A stretch of 64,000 nt of DNA. It comes from Callorhinchus milii. Lineage: Eukaryota. Below are positions 50,776 through 64,000 of this stretch, piece after piece. The stretch covers positions 8,992,001 to 9,056,000 of the forward strand of contig NW_024704743.1 of assembly GCF_018977255.1 (NCBI RefSeq), in the 5' to 3' direction. Made by a program: the position numbers and the translations under genes. Within the stretch, counting starts at the first letter, position 1. Each line of letters opens with the position of its first letter. A model generated the notes under the pieces. That model saw only the letters and a program-made list of their open reading frames with translations, was not told where the DNA came from and made no database searches.

Positions 50776-51369
50776 TCCCAGTACACTAGTTCCAGATAAA
50801 AATAATCATTCATTTCATAGTTGTTCATGGGACATCACTATGTGCAAATTTGCCTGCCAAATTCGGCTACAAATAATCATTACACTTTTCAGTAAAATCC
50901 TGAAATGATTTGAGGCTTTTTCATTGACTTGATGAGACTTTATATTGGATACACCTGATGATTATTGAGAGTTTTGCTCTTTGTTTGAACAAAATCTCAT
51001 GCTAAGGGGACTGAGGAACTTGAGAGTTTTTAAAAAGAGTTTTCACAGTGTCTCATTACATCTCAAAAATTTCAAAAATTGTTGCCAAGATTCTTATTAC
51101 AAGTTCTCACAAGCAGCCGTGAAGTGAATGACCAATTTATCTGATCTTTAACATCTGCCTGAAGAATAGGTAGACAGCAACTTGGTTTAATGTCTCACCA
51201 GAAGGAAAGGATGGTACCTTGTGACAATGTAAACATTCCCTCAGTTCTGCACCAGCCAAGTCTTTGAACCTACAACCAGAGGCCGGAGGGATTCCATCTG
51301 AACCAAACTGGCATCTTTCACCTAAGGTTGGTTGCCTCAACCACCACCACCAACTTTTATTTATATAGC

Positions 51370-51592
51370 GCCCCATTCAGCCCCTGGAGCCTGTTCAGTC
51401 ATTCTATTCTATTATTCTAAACTATTAGATCATGGCTGATCTGTACCTCAACTCCAATTACCCACCTTTGCCCCATATCCCTCGATACCTTTACTTAACA
51501 AAAATCTATCCACGTCCATCTTGAAAATATGAATGGATCCCACAGCCTTTTGTGGGCGGGAGTTCCAGACTTCCACTACCCTATGCGTGAGA
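51370..51592 (-). mobile_element. CR1 3' end
   Basis: THRVVEVWNS.PQKAV..FKMDVDRFL..KGIEGYG (ORF 51448..51675) plus CR1-type 3' UTR. Confidence 0.85.
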
Positions 51593-54448
51593 AACGGAGG
51601 GTACAAGGGGTAGGCAGGAAGCCAGAGACAGTCGAGCAAGATTGAAAGGGTGGGTGGAGCTGTGGCAGAGAGCAAATTGTACTGTTGAGGGTTTGGGCTT
51701 CATTAACCAAATGGACGTTTCTCATTCCAGGCTTTATTACGGCTCTTAGCAATTACTAGCTTTTGTGACTTTAAAGTGCAATGAATGCCATGTTGCAGCT
51801 CTATTCTATTTTTATCTATTTCCCACCTCAAAAAATAAATCCACTGCTTTCAAAGGGTTTCCTACTCTTTATAATATGCTCTAGTTCTGTTGTCAGCTGT
51901 GATGCATCAATACCCATGATTTCCATCAAAACCATTAAATAATGAGTATTTCCCAATTTACAGCATTGAGTGCAAATCATTTGTTTGAATTGAACCTCAA
52001 AAAATCTTATTAAAACCAACAAAAACAGAATGTAAGAATTAATTTGAAATGAGTTAGGAAAGAGTTGTTTGCACAAAGTTTTGCTCAAGCCCAAGCCTTG
52101 CCCTAGGTTGATTTATGAGAGCAGCTCTAACACAGGAACAATCACTTGTAACGGTGTCAAAGGCAACACGATGTGTGAGCTAGACACAGGAAGATACATA
52201 TGAGGAGGAAGGGAAAGATGGGGTCTAAATTGCAAAAGGATTCACAACAATTAAAATTCCCAGATGTGCTGTGGTGAATCTCAGATTTGTTATAGCCGAC
52301 CTTCTGGAGCGCTGCTCAAACGTCGACTTCATGGTAGGAAGGAAGATGAGTGTCTGAGCAACGTTCTAGATGGTTATCCACTATCTGTTGACTCAGAGGC
52401 AACAGTGCAACTAACTGAGCCAGGCTTTTGATTTCCTTCTTTGGCATTACTGTTGTGTTTTACTTCCATCGTTGAAGCAGGAATTGTTCAAATTAGCCTT
52501 TTTAGTAAACTGAATTCTCTTTGCACACTTTGCAATCAAGGACCCATCTTCTTTACAATAGATGTAAAAATTGAACATACAATCAGCTGCAATCATTCCG
52601 TTACAACATTGAACCTCTTCAAGCATGCAATGGAAATTATTTGCAACTTCACTTAAATATATCCCATTCCTATTGTTGGGATTCAAGATATTTCAAACAT
52701 CATTTGCAACACTGCAATAATAAGGTGGTGGGGGTGCAGGATACAGTATAAGATGTGATAATTATCATTGCCGCTAATTATCCTATCACACACTGCAGCC
52801 TCACTTTGAGGACTCTGAGCTGATACTCTAGGCTAGTTTTGGCCGACCGATGGCACACAAGTGTCAAGAAACCATCCCCAACATTCACACTTGTCCATAA
52901 GTCCGTGTTCAATGCGTTTCCAGGTTTTCCTTGATTGAAGTTTCTTGACTTATGTCATAATCAAGAACATTTATTTTGTTGGCCGACCAAAAAGGTTGCC
53001 AACCACTGCTCTTGGCTGGCACTCAAATGGAGATGGAGCCATCAGATGTGCCATCCATCGGCTGAGACACTAAACTGAGGTCCCGTCTGGCTGTTTAGGT
53101 CCCCATGAAAGGAAATCCTAAAATCAGTGCATTTCATATAGCACCTTTCATGTCAGGAGGGCGTCCCAAGTGCTTCACAGGATATAATGTGTGTGTTTGT
53201 TAAGGACATAAACCATATTTTTAAGGCTATATGATTATTATCACAGTACAAACCACAGTTCACTTTAAGCCTCTGTTTATCTAGCAGTTGGTAGGAACCC
53301 AGTTGTTAGTCGATTGGCGGATCGCTTTTCCAGGGGTAATGATTCCCTCAAAAAAAATTATTTGGTCACTCAACTGTTTGTGCAATCAATACAATCAATT
53401 CACTTTACAGTATATTCTGTGAAGCACTTTAAGACGTCTCAAAGACGTGATAAGGTGCTATATCAAAATGCATGTATTATTATTATTAATATAAGCCTCG
53501 AAATGCCAACCAAAAGGACCAGTTTATTATTTTTGCTGTCAATTTCCTGCGTATGGTCTGCACTGTTTCCACAGACTTTTAAAGCATGCTTAAAATATTT
53601 CCTTTTCAGAGACTGTAATTTAAAATACCAATATAGTATACAAAATCTCAAATTGCTGTAATTATATGTGAAATCTAAAATGTACCTAAAGTAATTGGAA
53701 ACATTGTAAAAGCTTATTTTACTGTGAATTACTGGTGCCCTATTTTCTGGCCAATTAAAATCAATTTCTTTGATGTTTTTATGGACAAAGTCTAAATGAT
53801 CATATTTTTTCTTTATTAGCCCAGTCCTGGTAATTTCCAAAACTCATGTTAAACCTTTCGTTAAAAAAAGAAACATCTGGGATATATTCTAATCATAAAG
53901 GGCAGAATCCCCATCACCATCTCAGAGAAAATGGCACCAAAATCATCATTGAGAATTGGACATAAGACAAAAGACATTAGTCTCTGTTGTAGAATACCTC
54001 AAAACCTTCCTTTATACCACAAAAACTAAGGACCTCTGACAAATGCCATAGAATCATAATAATCCTCACATTTTATAAACATTAACATACAGTGTTTATC
54101 ACATTATTAAAATATCCCAAAGTGCTTCACAAGATTTTACTGTGTCTGTGTATTTGTCAACAAATGCAACAGCCAATTTGCACACACCAATGTCCCACAA
54201 ACAGCCATGAAGTGAATTTTATTGGGAGAGGGATGATGTTGACCAGGATACCATCGTTTTTTTCCAATTATGCCATGGGATCTTTAACGTCCACATGAAT
54301 AGGCAGTCAGGATCATGATTTAATGCCTCATCCAAAGAATGATACCTCTGACAAAGAAGCGCTTCCCCAGGTCATAGAAGGTTACAGCATAGAAACTGGT
54401 CATTTGGCCCATCAAATCTGTACTAGTGTTTTCTCCACTCAATTGTAA

Positions 54449-54795
54449 AGTCCTTGTGGCTCAGTGGTTAGAGCACTCGCCTCGCAAGCAAGAGATCTGG
54501 GTTTGATTCCCAGCAGGGTGAAACGTTGGGCAAGTTTTCTTACTCCACACGCCTGTTTACCTAGCAGTAAGAAAGAAACCTGTTGTTAGTCCATTGGCGG
54601 ATCGCTTTCCCGATAGTAATAATTCCTTCAGAAAAAAAATCCACAACTGTTTGTGGGACATCACAGTGCACAATTGGCTGCCGTATTTCATCCACAAAAT
54701 ATAGTCAATTCACTTTACAGTATATTCTGTGAAGCACTTTGGGACATCTCGAAGATGTGATAAGGTGCTATATCAAATGCAAGGATTATTATTCT
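54449..54795 (+). mobile_element. SINE family A, full length
   Basis: agtccttgtggctcagtggttagagcactcgcctcgcaagc..gggtttgattcc head, core, tail. Confidence 0.9.
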
Positions 54796-56179
54796 TAATC
54801 TTGTGCCCTCCTCTACTGCTTGCTGCCCCATCTTTTAAACTCCCTGCTTTTCAAAAATGTATTGAATTCACGTTTAAAAATATTTTTTATCACTTCAAAG
54901 TGTTTCGGTGCCTGATCAAATGCAAGGATTATTATAATTGACTATGGTTATTTACAAACATCGGCAAGTTTAACGATATGAAAGAACATGAAATGAGAAT
55001 CTGTGCATTCATATTCAGTTTTGCACAAAATTGAAACACTTGCAATACACAAAACTAAAGGTATATAAGGCCCATTTATCTTCAAGAAAAGTACATATAA
55101 AGACTCTCCTCCCAAGATTTTCCTGATGAGCCTTACTTCATTGGAAAGTTATACAAGTGGAACAGTATGCCAAATATTACTGTTTTAATTAATTTAATAT
55201 GCAACAGAACCTTTGATGTGATTTGCAACATGCCAGTTGCATTTTATGTAATCTGGTTTATTTGCACAAACACTCTGACAAATGTATTGAGTAAACTTCC
55301 CACTGGAAATTCTGATTTTTTTTATATAAACTAGACTACAGGTTGGTTACAGTATTACTAAACATTGGTGGATTAGAGTTTGTAGATGCACAATAATAAT
55401 AATGATCCTTGCTTTTGATATAACTTTGTTCAATCCACGACTGTTTGTGGAATGCTGCTGTGCGCACTTGGCTGCCGCCTTTCGCCCACAAAAGATACAG
55501 TCAATGCACTTTAAGTATATTCTGTGAAGCACTTTGAGATGTCTCGAAGATGTGATAAGGCGCTATATCAAATGCAAGGATTATTATAATTTTTTTCATA
55601 TTGGGAGGGCATCTTAAAGTGCTTCATAGTGTAAAGTGTAGTGACTGTACTTTTGTGGGCAGGTACAGCAGCCAATTTGCACATAGAATTTCTCACAAAC
55701 AGAGAAATTCTATATAATACATAATGCAATTTACACTTATATAGCATCTTTCATGAGGGGAGGCTATCCCAAAGTGCTTGACAATTCAGGCTGGGCACCA
55801 GAGTTGAGTATGGGAACTGAAGGGGGTGGAGACGAGAGGAAAGATGACCGAAAGTGTGGCCAAAGAGGTATGTTTTGAGGTGCACCTTACGATAAACCTA
55901 CTTCTTGGCCAAATATCAAATATAGCTCATTTAAAGCACTCAGTACTAGGTACAGCATTCTGGTTACTGTATTGCTCATTTCCACACCTATCATGTTTTC
56001 CTTTTTCTTGACTTTCAAACCTATTATAACTTACAAATCTAGTTCTCAACCTTAACTGGAGTCAGCAATGTTAGTAATGCGAAAGAAAGAACTTGCTGTT
56101 CAATAGTACTTCTTAAGGCCAAAATATCTCCCAAGTGCCTCACAATAATTACTATTTTTATGGTTATTTTGTCCCACGA

Positions 56180-56492
56180 CAATAATAATAATCCTTGCAT
56201 TTGATGACTCAAACGGCTTCACAGAATATACTGCAAAGTGAATTGACTTTATATTTTGTGGGCGAAACACGGCAGCCAATTGTGCACAGCAGTGTCCCAC
56301 AAAGAGTCGTGGATTAAATGAGCAAATTATTGTTATTTTTTAAGTGATCTGCCTAACAACCGGGTTCCTACTTACTGCTAGGTAAACAGAAATGTGTGGA
56401 GTAAGGAAACTTGCCCAACGTTTCACCCTCCCCAGGAATCAAACCGAGGTCCTCTCGCTTTGTGAGCAATCTAACCACGAAGCTACAGGACT
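56180..56492 (-). mobile_element. SINE family A
   Basis: Tail, body and ..gctacaggactc head. Confidence 0.85.
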
Positions 56493-56799
56493 CAATATCC
56501 ATGAAGTGAATGACTAATTTATCTGGAGGATTGATTGTTGGTCAGGACACTGAGAGAAACTTCTTTTGCTTTTTGAATAATGTTTTGGGATTTTTGAGCA
56601 GGGGCAAAACCACGCTTGGTGCTGATTATTGGGAAAAGTCCATAAAATGTACCTGTTAGCTTCCGCGGGATCTCAGATACAGGGAGGATGGCCTTCTCCT
56701 GCAGGAGATCTTGAGCACTGGCAATTGTCACAGAAATACATGGAAGATTTATGCTCTCAATCAGCTAAATCTCTCCATTGTTATTTGCTCAGCTGATTG

Positions 56800-57100
56800 T
56801 CTAACACATGCAGAAACCATCACTATGTTTAAGTGTATCTAAACCAAACAGAGTTCCATGCATCCCACCAACAAGTGGAAATTCCAGAGATATTTATTGG
56901 AATGGAATGTGCACTGTCTCTTTGGAGGGATACATTTTCTTACCTAGTTCTGGACAGGATTTGGTGCAGGTTTCGCAAGAGCCAAGGAAGACTTGGGAAC
57001 AGCAGAGCGTGAGTTGGGGTACTGCTGGAGCCTAACCAGCTCAAACAGTATAGTTTGTCATTGAAATCACTGTTTGGCAAGCTTTACCATTGCTTGTCTG
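56800..57100 (-). mobile_element. Family T repeat copy
   Basis: ggaatggaatgtgcac, gttggggtactgctggag and caagcttt..tgcttg are shared with 48780-49132. Confidence 0.7.
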
Positions 57101-57959
57101 GAGCTCGAGCATCAGCTGCTTACCTCTCTGCAAACCAATCAAGGTGGATTCCAAGCGCTAGATGTATGAACTCGTGTTCACGAATGTGAACTTCAGTTAA
57201 CACCTTCCAGCAGCTGTCATCCAAGCCTCAGAGTTTCCTCATTAGCTATCTGGTGGACATCTGCATTCGGCTTGGTGGGAGTACCTTTACAGGACACCTT
57301 ATGACGTGCCAGCCACAGTGATGTTCTCAAGGTCCAAGTCCAATGTCACGTCCCAGGCTTACTCAGCACCTGCTGCTCAATCCAGGTCCTCACGTAAGGG
57401 GTTTTGGCAAATAGATGCCTGCTGTGAAACCGCCTCCGCCTCCTGGGTGCTTAACAACAGTTCAGTGTAGGCCAGAGCCTTCCCTCCCTGTAGCTGCTTC
57501 CTGTGTTTGGACTTTACAAATGGGTCGGAAGAAGCCTCTCCCCAGCTCAGATCCATAAAGGAGGACTGTTTTTACACAGGTGTTATATGCCACCAGCTTG
57601 ACCTGCATTGAGGCCCTGCTGTCCTTGAAGAGAACTGAGCATGACCATCTTCTCTGTGCAGTCTTTCAGGACAACAATTTGCATTTATATAGCACCCCTC
57701 ACGCAGGGTAGCATCGCAGAGCACTAGGACAGTGTCCAGGCAAAAGTTGGTGTCCACCATGATCCCGAAGTACTGGTAAGAATCAACAAATGGGACTGAT
57801 ACCTTGTATATCTTCCAATCAATCCCTCCGTCTGGATCAGATATTTTGCAATGCAATACTCTTAAATTAATGATTTCAAAACTGATAAAGGACATTTTCC
57901 TACTTTGTAAAAATGCTATCCCCACCCACTAGAAAATGCACCCCAAATCAGAAAATGTT

Positions 57960-59862
57960 TGTTTCGACTTTGCCCCCCACACCCCTTCCAGCCCTCTGAC
58001 TCCCACTGCGAGAAAATGCTGGACTTCCTCGAGTCCAAAATCGAGGGAATCCGCTCAGCTGCCACTGCCCTCCCAACTTCCACCCCCTCCCTACCCCCAC
58101 ACCACACAATTACCCATCCGACAATTATCCACCCCTCCTTCCACACCTTTGAACCTGTCACCCCCTCCTCTGTCTTCAACATGGTAACCTCCATAAAGTC
58201 CACCACCTGCTCCCTCGACCCCATTCCCACCTCTCTCCTTAAATCTCAGCTCCACCTCCTTGGCCCGTCGACATCATTAACCTCTCCCTGTCATCTGCAC
58301 TGTTCCTTCCTTGCTCAAAACAGCCACCATCACCCCCACCCTGAAGAAATCTTCCCTCGACCTGTCACAGCTATCTAGCTACCGGCCCATCTCAAATCTA
58401 CTTCTTCTATCCAAGGTTTTTGAGAGAGCCGTCGCCTCCCAGCTTCACTCTTTCCTCTCCTCACTCCCTCCATGAATCCCTCCAATAGGGTTTCTGTGCT
58501 GCCCACAGGATGGAAACTGCTCTGGTCAAGGGCACAAACGACATCCTAACCATGAGTGACCAGGGCTCCCTCTGCCTCCTCGTCCTCCTCAACCTCTCTG
58601 CCGCCTTTGACACCCATGAGTGACCAGGGCTCCCTCTGCCTCCTCGTCCTCCTCAACCTCTCTGCCGCCTTTGACACTGTGGACCACTCAATCCTCCTCC
58701 ATCGCCTCTCCTCCCACCTCAACCTTCAAGGCTCTGTCCTTGACTGGTTCAGGTCCTACCTTTCACACTGCCTCCACTTTGTCACGGCAAACGGTTTCTC
58801 CTCCAGCCCCCGCACTGGTGTTCGGGTGTTCCTCAGGGCTCTGTCCTCGGTCCCCTCCTCTTCACCGTCTACATGCTCCCCCTTGGTGACGTCATCCACA
58901 GACATGGGGTAAATTTCCACATGTATGCAGATGATACCCAACTCTACCTCTCTGCCCCCACCCTGAACTCCAGGACTACTGGCGTCTTGACCGACTGCCT
59001 GTCCGACATCAAGTCCTGGACGAGGGCCAACTTTCTCCAACTCAATGTCAGCAAGACCGAGGCCCTCCTGATTGGCTCGCACCAATGTCTCCGCACCTCA
59101 GGCACTGGCAGCATCAGCCTCACACTCAACCTCACTAAGCCAGTCAGGAACCTGGGTGTCTTGTTTGACCCTGAACTGTCCTTTCTCCCCCACATCTGCA
59201 TTATGACCGGCACTGCCTACCACCACCTCCGCAATATTGCCAGACTCCACCACTGCCTCACCCCTCAGGCTGCCAAAACCCTCACCCATGCATTCGTCAC
59301 CTCAAGGCCTTCCCAACTCTTCCCTTCACAAGCTGCAGATCATCCAAAACTCTGCAGCTCGTGTACTCTCATACACCAGGCTCCGTGACCCCATCACTCC
59401 TACCCTCGTCCGACTCCATTGGCTCCCCATCCCCCAGAGGATCGAGTTCAAGATTCTCGTCCTCACCTTTAAGGCCTTCCATGGCCTTGCCCCCTCCTAC
59501 CTCTCTGACCTGCTGACTCTCTACGAGCCTGCCCACTCCCTCCGTTCATCGGGCTCCAGCCTGTCCATGTCTCCCACCCGACCCGCCCTACCATTGGTGG
59601 CCGGGCTTTCAGCCTCTCTGCCCCCACACTCTGGAACTCCATCCTACGGTCTCTTCGCATCACTTCCTCCTTTGCCTCCTTCAAGGTTGGTCTCAAGAAC
59701 TTTCTCTTCAACCATGCCTTTGGTCTCCCTACCACCGCTCTGCCTTCCCTCACCCCTACACCCCCCTTCCCCCATGCTCGGGCCCTGACACCTGACTGTT
59801 CAGCGCTTTGGGATGACCTCCCGACGTGAAAGGCGCTCTATAAATGTAATTTTGTTGTTGCT
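57960..59862 (+). mobile_element. L2 LINE, RT region to 3' tail (~1.9 kb), inactivated
   Basis: [46 protein letters not shown], (TTG)n tail. Confidence 0.95.
58550..58677 (+). repeat. Perfect 64-bp tandem duplication inside the L2
   Basis: 58550-58613 is identical to 58614-58677; the ORF track shows the same peptide starting at 58556 and 58620. Confidence 0.95.
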
Positions 59863-60496
59863 ATGCTGAAAAATATCCCTCACTCCAAGGGAAGATTTCT
59901 GTCTAGCAGATATGTAGACCTAATTTTCACATCACAAGCTCTATCTCTCACCATTTACGCATGTAAATCTCATTTCATCTCTACGCACAATAGGAATACA
60001 CTGCATAAGCAAAAGCACACACCAAGTCATCATTTTGCTCCTATAATTTCTTCTTTGCACTTATGTGACAGCTCCACAGACTGTGGAAAATGGGCCATCA
60101 ACCTGAATGCTTGGTAGCGCCACACAGTCTCGTTGTATTGAGAAACCAGTATTTTACACATAAAAAAGCCCCAAATCAGTGCTATTTGCAGTAAAAGCAG
60201 AATTGCTATAAAAATTAATTCCACTTGACAATAGCAAGCGTTTTGATGTTGGGCTGCAAACTTTGATGCTAACCATGAACATTCACAAATCTTGCAATTG
60301 TTTATTCTTTGCTTGACCATGAAATCTTACTGAAATGACATAATTTAAGACCCTAGTTCTTTTAACCATTTATAATCAACATTAATCCCCTTCTTCAAAC
60401 ATCGTTAACTTACCTAATAGTCAAAGACACAGCTTTCTGGATACCACAAATGAATCAGTGACATTGCAGACCATTGCAAAAATGATGAAACAGCCT

Positions 60497-60502
60497 TTTA
60501 TT
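60497..60502 (-). promoter_or_regulatory. Candidate polyadenylation signal AATAAA
   Basis: Minus strand ..ttcttgtacatatcatcttagAATAAAaggctgtttcatcattttt, with an upstream TGTA element. Alternatives at 60301-60306, 61112-61117 and 62224-62229. Confidence 0.55.
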
Positions 60503-62393
60503 CTAAGATGATATGTACAAGAAAACTGTCTTACATTTTTTTATATATACTGTGTAAAAGAGACGTTAAAAATTGATTGCACTGTGCTTACATTGTTTTA
60601 TACATTGAGTAAAATTGTAATAAAGGCAATAAAAACAGGCATACAAGACATCAATAATTGTGCAGAGGTTTCACCCTCTCAGGAAACAGCTGGACAAAGA
60701 AAGATTGCGCCAAGCAAAATAGGCAGGTTTTCCCAGAATCACGAATGATACAATTTGTGTGCTGGACTGTTCCAAATTCACTCGCTCATAATCTGGAACT
60801 GCAGGCACTTAACTGTTCCAACCTTTTCCACATATTCTGCACAATTTAGGGAGGGACAAGCCCTGAAAGCAATTGTTTAAAGAAAAACTTTTCCAAACTC
60901 CCAGATGTACGTTACAATTATCACAGTAATAAAAGTGATCAAACATAAGTCACTTAATTTTTAATGTATTTTATACTTACACATACAACAAAATCATTTC
61001 CCCCTCTTTCTCAGATATCATTGTCTGTTACAGAACCACTCACACAGTATAAAACATTGAACAGGGTATTCACAAAATCCTGTTATCCACTTTTTTTTCT
61101 TACAAACATTTTTTATTTTCTGTTGCATAAGAGTCCAGTGTAACAAGGTCTGATATCAGTCACTTCCTCGTCACCCCATCCATGTTATAGAAGATGTCGC
61201 ACCAAAAATAGGGACGGGTGATTATCTGCCATGAAAATGATGGCGCTCACACCAATCCTCTGGATATCTATATAGAGTTAAACACTTGTACTGAATACAA
61301 TTAAGTACTTCTAAATACAATTATCATCATTATTCCACATGTTTCAGTTGTTGATCAGTGCACTGTATAAAAAACACATGGGGATAACAGGACGAGTGAA
61401 CACACTGTATTGGAGCACTGGAAGCACCAACATGGTTTCTTACTTGACTTAACAGATGTACTTTTGCACCACAACCACAACTTGCACGAAAAACAGCTTT
61501 GCGATTTCCCTTCTTAACCTCACCTTGATCTGAGATGACTGTTTTGTGGGCAGGAGACTCAGTGGGGGTGGGGGGGGGTTCACACACCACAAATTGTGAC
61601 TACAACAGCTTTGACTTAGCGTTCTACCACTAAAAAGTTTACTGGTTGTAAACGCAAATGAAATTAAAAAGATTGAAGCAGTAATAAATGCGGAGACATT
61701 GCGTTGTTTTAAATAACATACAGATATTACAGTGCAGAGCGCTGTGGTGCTGGTTATGTCTGACCTGTTCCATGATTTCCACTGATAAACAAAACCATCA
61801 CAATAATACACACAAAATGTTTTCTACCCAGAACTACATTGGAATTTTAAAAAAAACAGTAACGGTTCCCTTCCCCCACCCTACCTCCCAATAACTCAGT
61901 CAGTCCTCAGTGAGGGACACTGACCAGGGAAGATCCATGGTTAATACCCAGTTAAATACCAAGTTAGCTGATCTCATCTGAAGCAGCAGGAAGGAGCAAT
62001 ACAATTTGTCTCAGCCCTGTGTTAAGGAAGAGGGCAAGTGTGAAAGAAATTAACCAGACCTCCTTCTGGAAGAAAAAAATGGCGTCAAACACCTTTGGGG
62101 GGAGAATATTGGTGGAGAAATAAATTGGTGAGAGAATCAAAACAAAAACACTGCCACATCCAAAAACATCCCAAGACACGGGTCACATTAAAATTGAGGT
62201 CGATGGACCGTGCAAAAATACCTTTTATTCGACGTTCACGTGATTTGTACTTATAAAATATGTCCAAAGTGGGGAAAAGTGTAACAGAGTTCCCTATATC
62301 CAACAATCACACCTTTTTAAAGCCAAATGTAACATTCATCTGCACTGCAGAGGGGAAATCAAACAGCATTGTCCTGTATATACACAATAACAG

Positions 62394-62425
62394 GGGACAG
62401 TAGCGGAAAGGGACAGTAGCGGAAA
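62394..62425. repeat. 16-bp tandem duplication (gggacagtagcggaaa x2)
   Basis: Directly visible. Confidence 0.9.
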
Positions 62426-62787
62426 AAGTACAACTGTGAATTATCAACCATGAATCACACCATCTGGGGGAGAAGCAAATGACTGTAGACCTTGTGTTCT
62501 TCTACTTCCACCTGATTGTCAGAGTGAGAGGAGGTGTTTTGATATTCCTGTGTGTGAACTGTCGCAGGCAACAAGACAGACGGAGGCAGATTAAGGCCGG
62601 TGAGTCTCACCTCATCTCACATTACTGAAGGCACTGAAAAGAGAGACCATGGCTGGAGAAACTGCTAACATTTAGCGTTCTCCCTTGATTCTCAGAGAGA
62701 CAAATTCAAGATTTTTTTTATTTGATTTGATTTTTTTAAAAAAGTGACCTCTTGCCATGTATTAGTTGAAAGTTTCTTACTGTGAGC

Positions 62788-63192
<405 letters not shown>

Positions 63193-63479
63193 TCATAGGC
63201 ACAAACTTCTTGAGATTTCGCCCTCTGAAGGGGAAAAATGCTCAGATATTCATTATTTATAATGATCATTTTGCTGCTAAATTATGCATACATCATTATT
63301 GATAAATGTAATAATGGCATATTCACATATCACCTCATAAATCATACCGACATCCCCGTGGCTGTCACTTACTACTTCACAAGTTGCACAAAAAGAGCTG
63401 GGCACAGACTATAAAGGTTAGCTGATCGCTGCTTAAAAGCAGAAATTTCTGCCAACGTTAGCAACCCAGCATCACCATA

Positions 63480-63790
63480 CATGGAACTCATATAGTCCAA
63501 ACTGACACTCCAATGCAAGGCTAGGACGTGCTGTCCTTCGGATGAGATATTAACATGAGGCCCATCTGCCTCTTCAGGTGAACACTAAGTTCTATGGCAC
63601 TATTCAAAAATGAAGGGAGTTTCCTTTAATGTCCTGGTCAACAACCCTCCAAATAAAATTTGTCGTTCATTCTGTCGGGTATAGCTGTACGCAAATTGAC
63701 TGCCGTATTCACCCACAAAACATACAGTCACTCCACTTACAATCCTGCGAAGCGTTTAAGACATGCTCCAAACGTGAAAAAACTATGTAA
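63480..63790 (+). mobile_element. Family B Deu SINE in the last PARD3 intron
   Basis: ctgacactccaatgca, ttcggatgagatattaac..gaggcccatctgcc, atggcactattc. Confidence 0.75.
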
Positions 63791-64000
63791 CATCCTCAGT
63801 CAACAGGTAAGCTTCAAAATGTGTTAGGAGCCAGAAGTCTCAGTTTATAATCTTTGCATTTGATCACGACATTGACATGTCCCAAAGCGCTTCACAGGAC
63901 TTTCCTGTACAGTGCAGTGAATGTGTGTTTGTAGGCAACTTTGGTAGCTAATTTGTAATTTCTCCTTAGCCAATGTCTCACAGATAGCCTTAAGTGATTG

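Larger units (their letters stand above)
60480..62787 (-). other. PARD3: Probable PARD3 3' UTR
   Basis: Follows the stop codon, is nearly free of the SINEs and LINEs that fill the rest of the window, is U-rich on the minus strand and ends near an AATAAA. The end position is inferred. Confidence 0.65.

Overview
AT-rich, repeat-dense vertebrate genomic DNA. The repeat repertoire (L2 and CR1 LINEs, Deu-domain and CORE-like tRNA SINEs) and the protein sequence suggest a cartilaginous fish, possibly a chimaera (inference). The only host gene recognised is PARD3 on the minus strand: its terminal coding exon (63163->62788), a probable ~2.3 kb 3' UTR and the end of the last intron. The other ~60 kb lies downstream of PARD3 and contains no recognisable host exons. 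It is filled with decayed transposons: the 5' part of a Helitron RepHel gene at the left edge, a ~3 kb L2 LINE with endonuclease and RT domains, many shorter L2 and CR1 pieces, two SINE families sharing the L2 3' tail, LF-SINE-like remnants and several MITE-like inverted-repeat families. I found no evidence for a new functional system. The best leads are the Helitron with two candidate 5' termini and a tandem array, an unnamed TIR repeat family reconstructable from five copies, an apparently chimeric SINE, and a few repeat-free motif clusters that may be enhancers. Repeat boundaries were read by eye and are approximate. Family names come from recalled consensus features, not from database searches.
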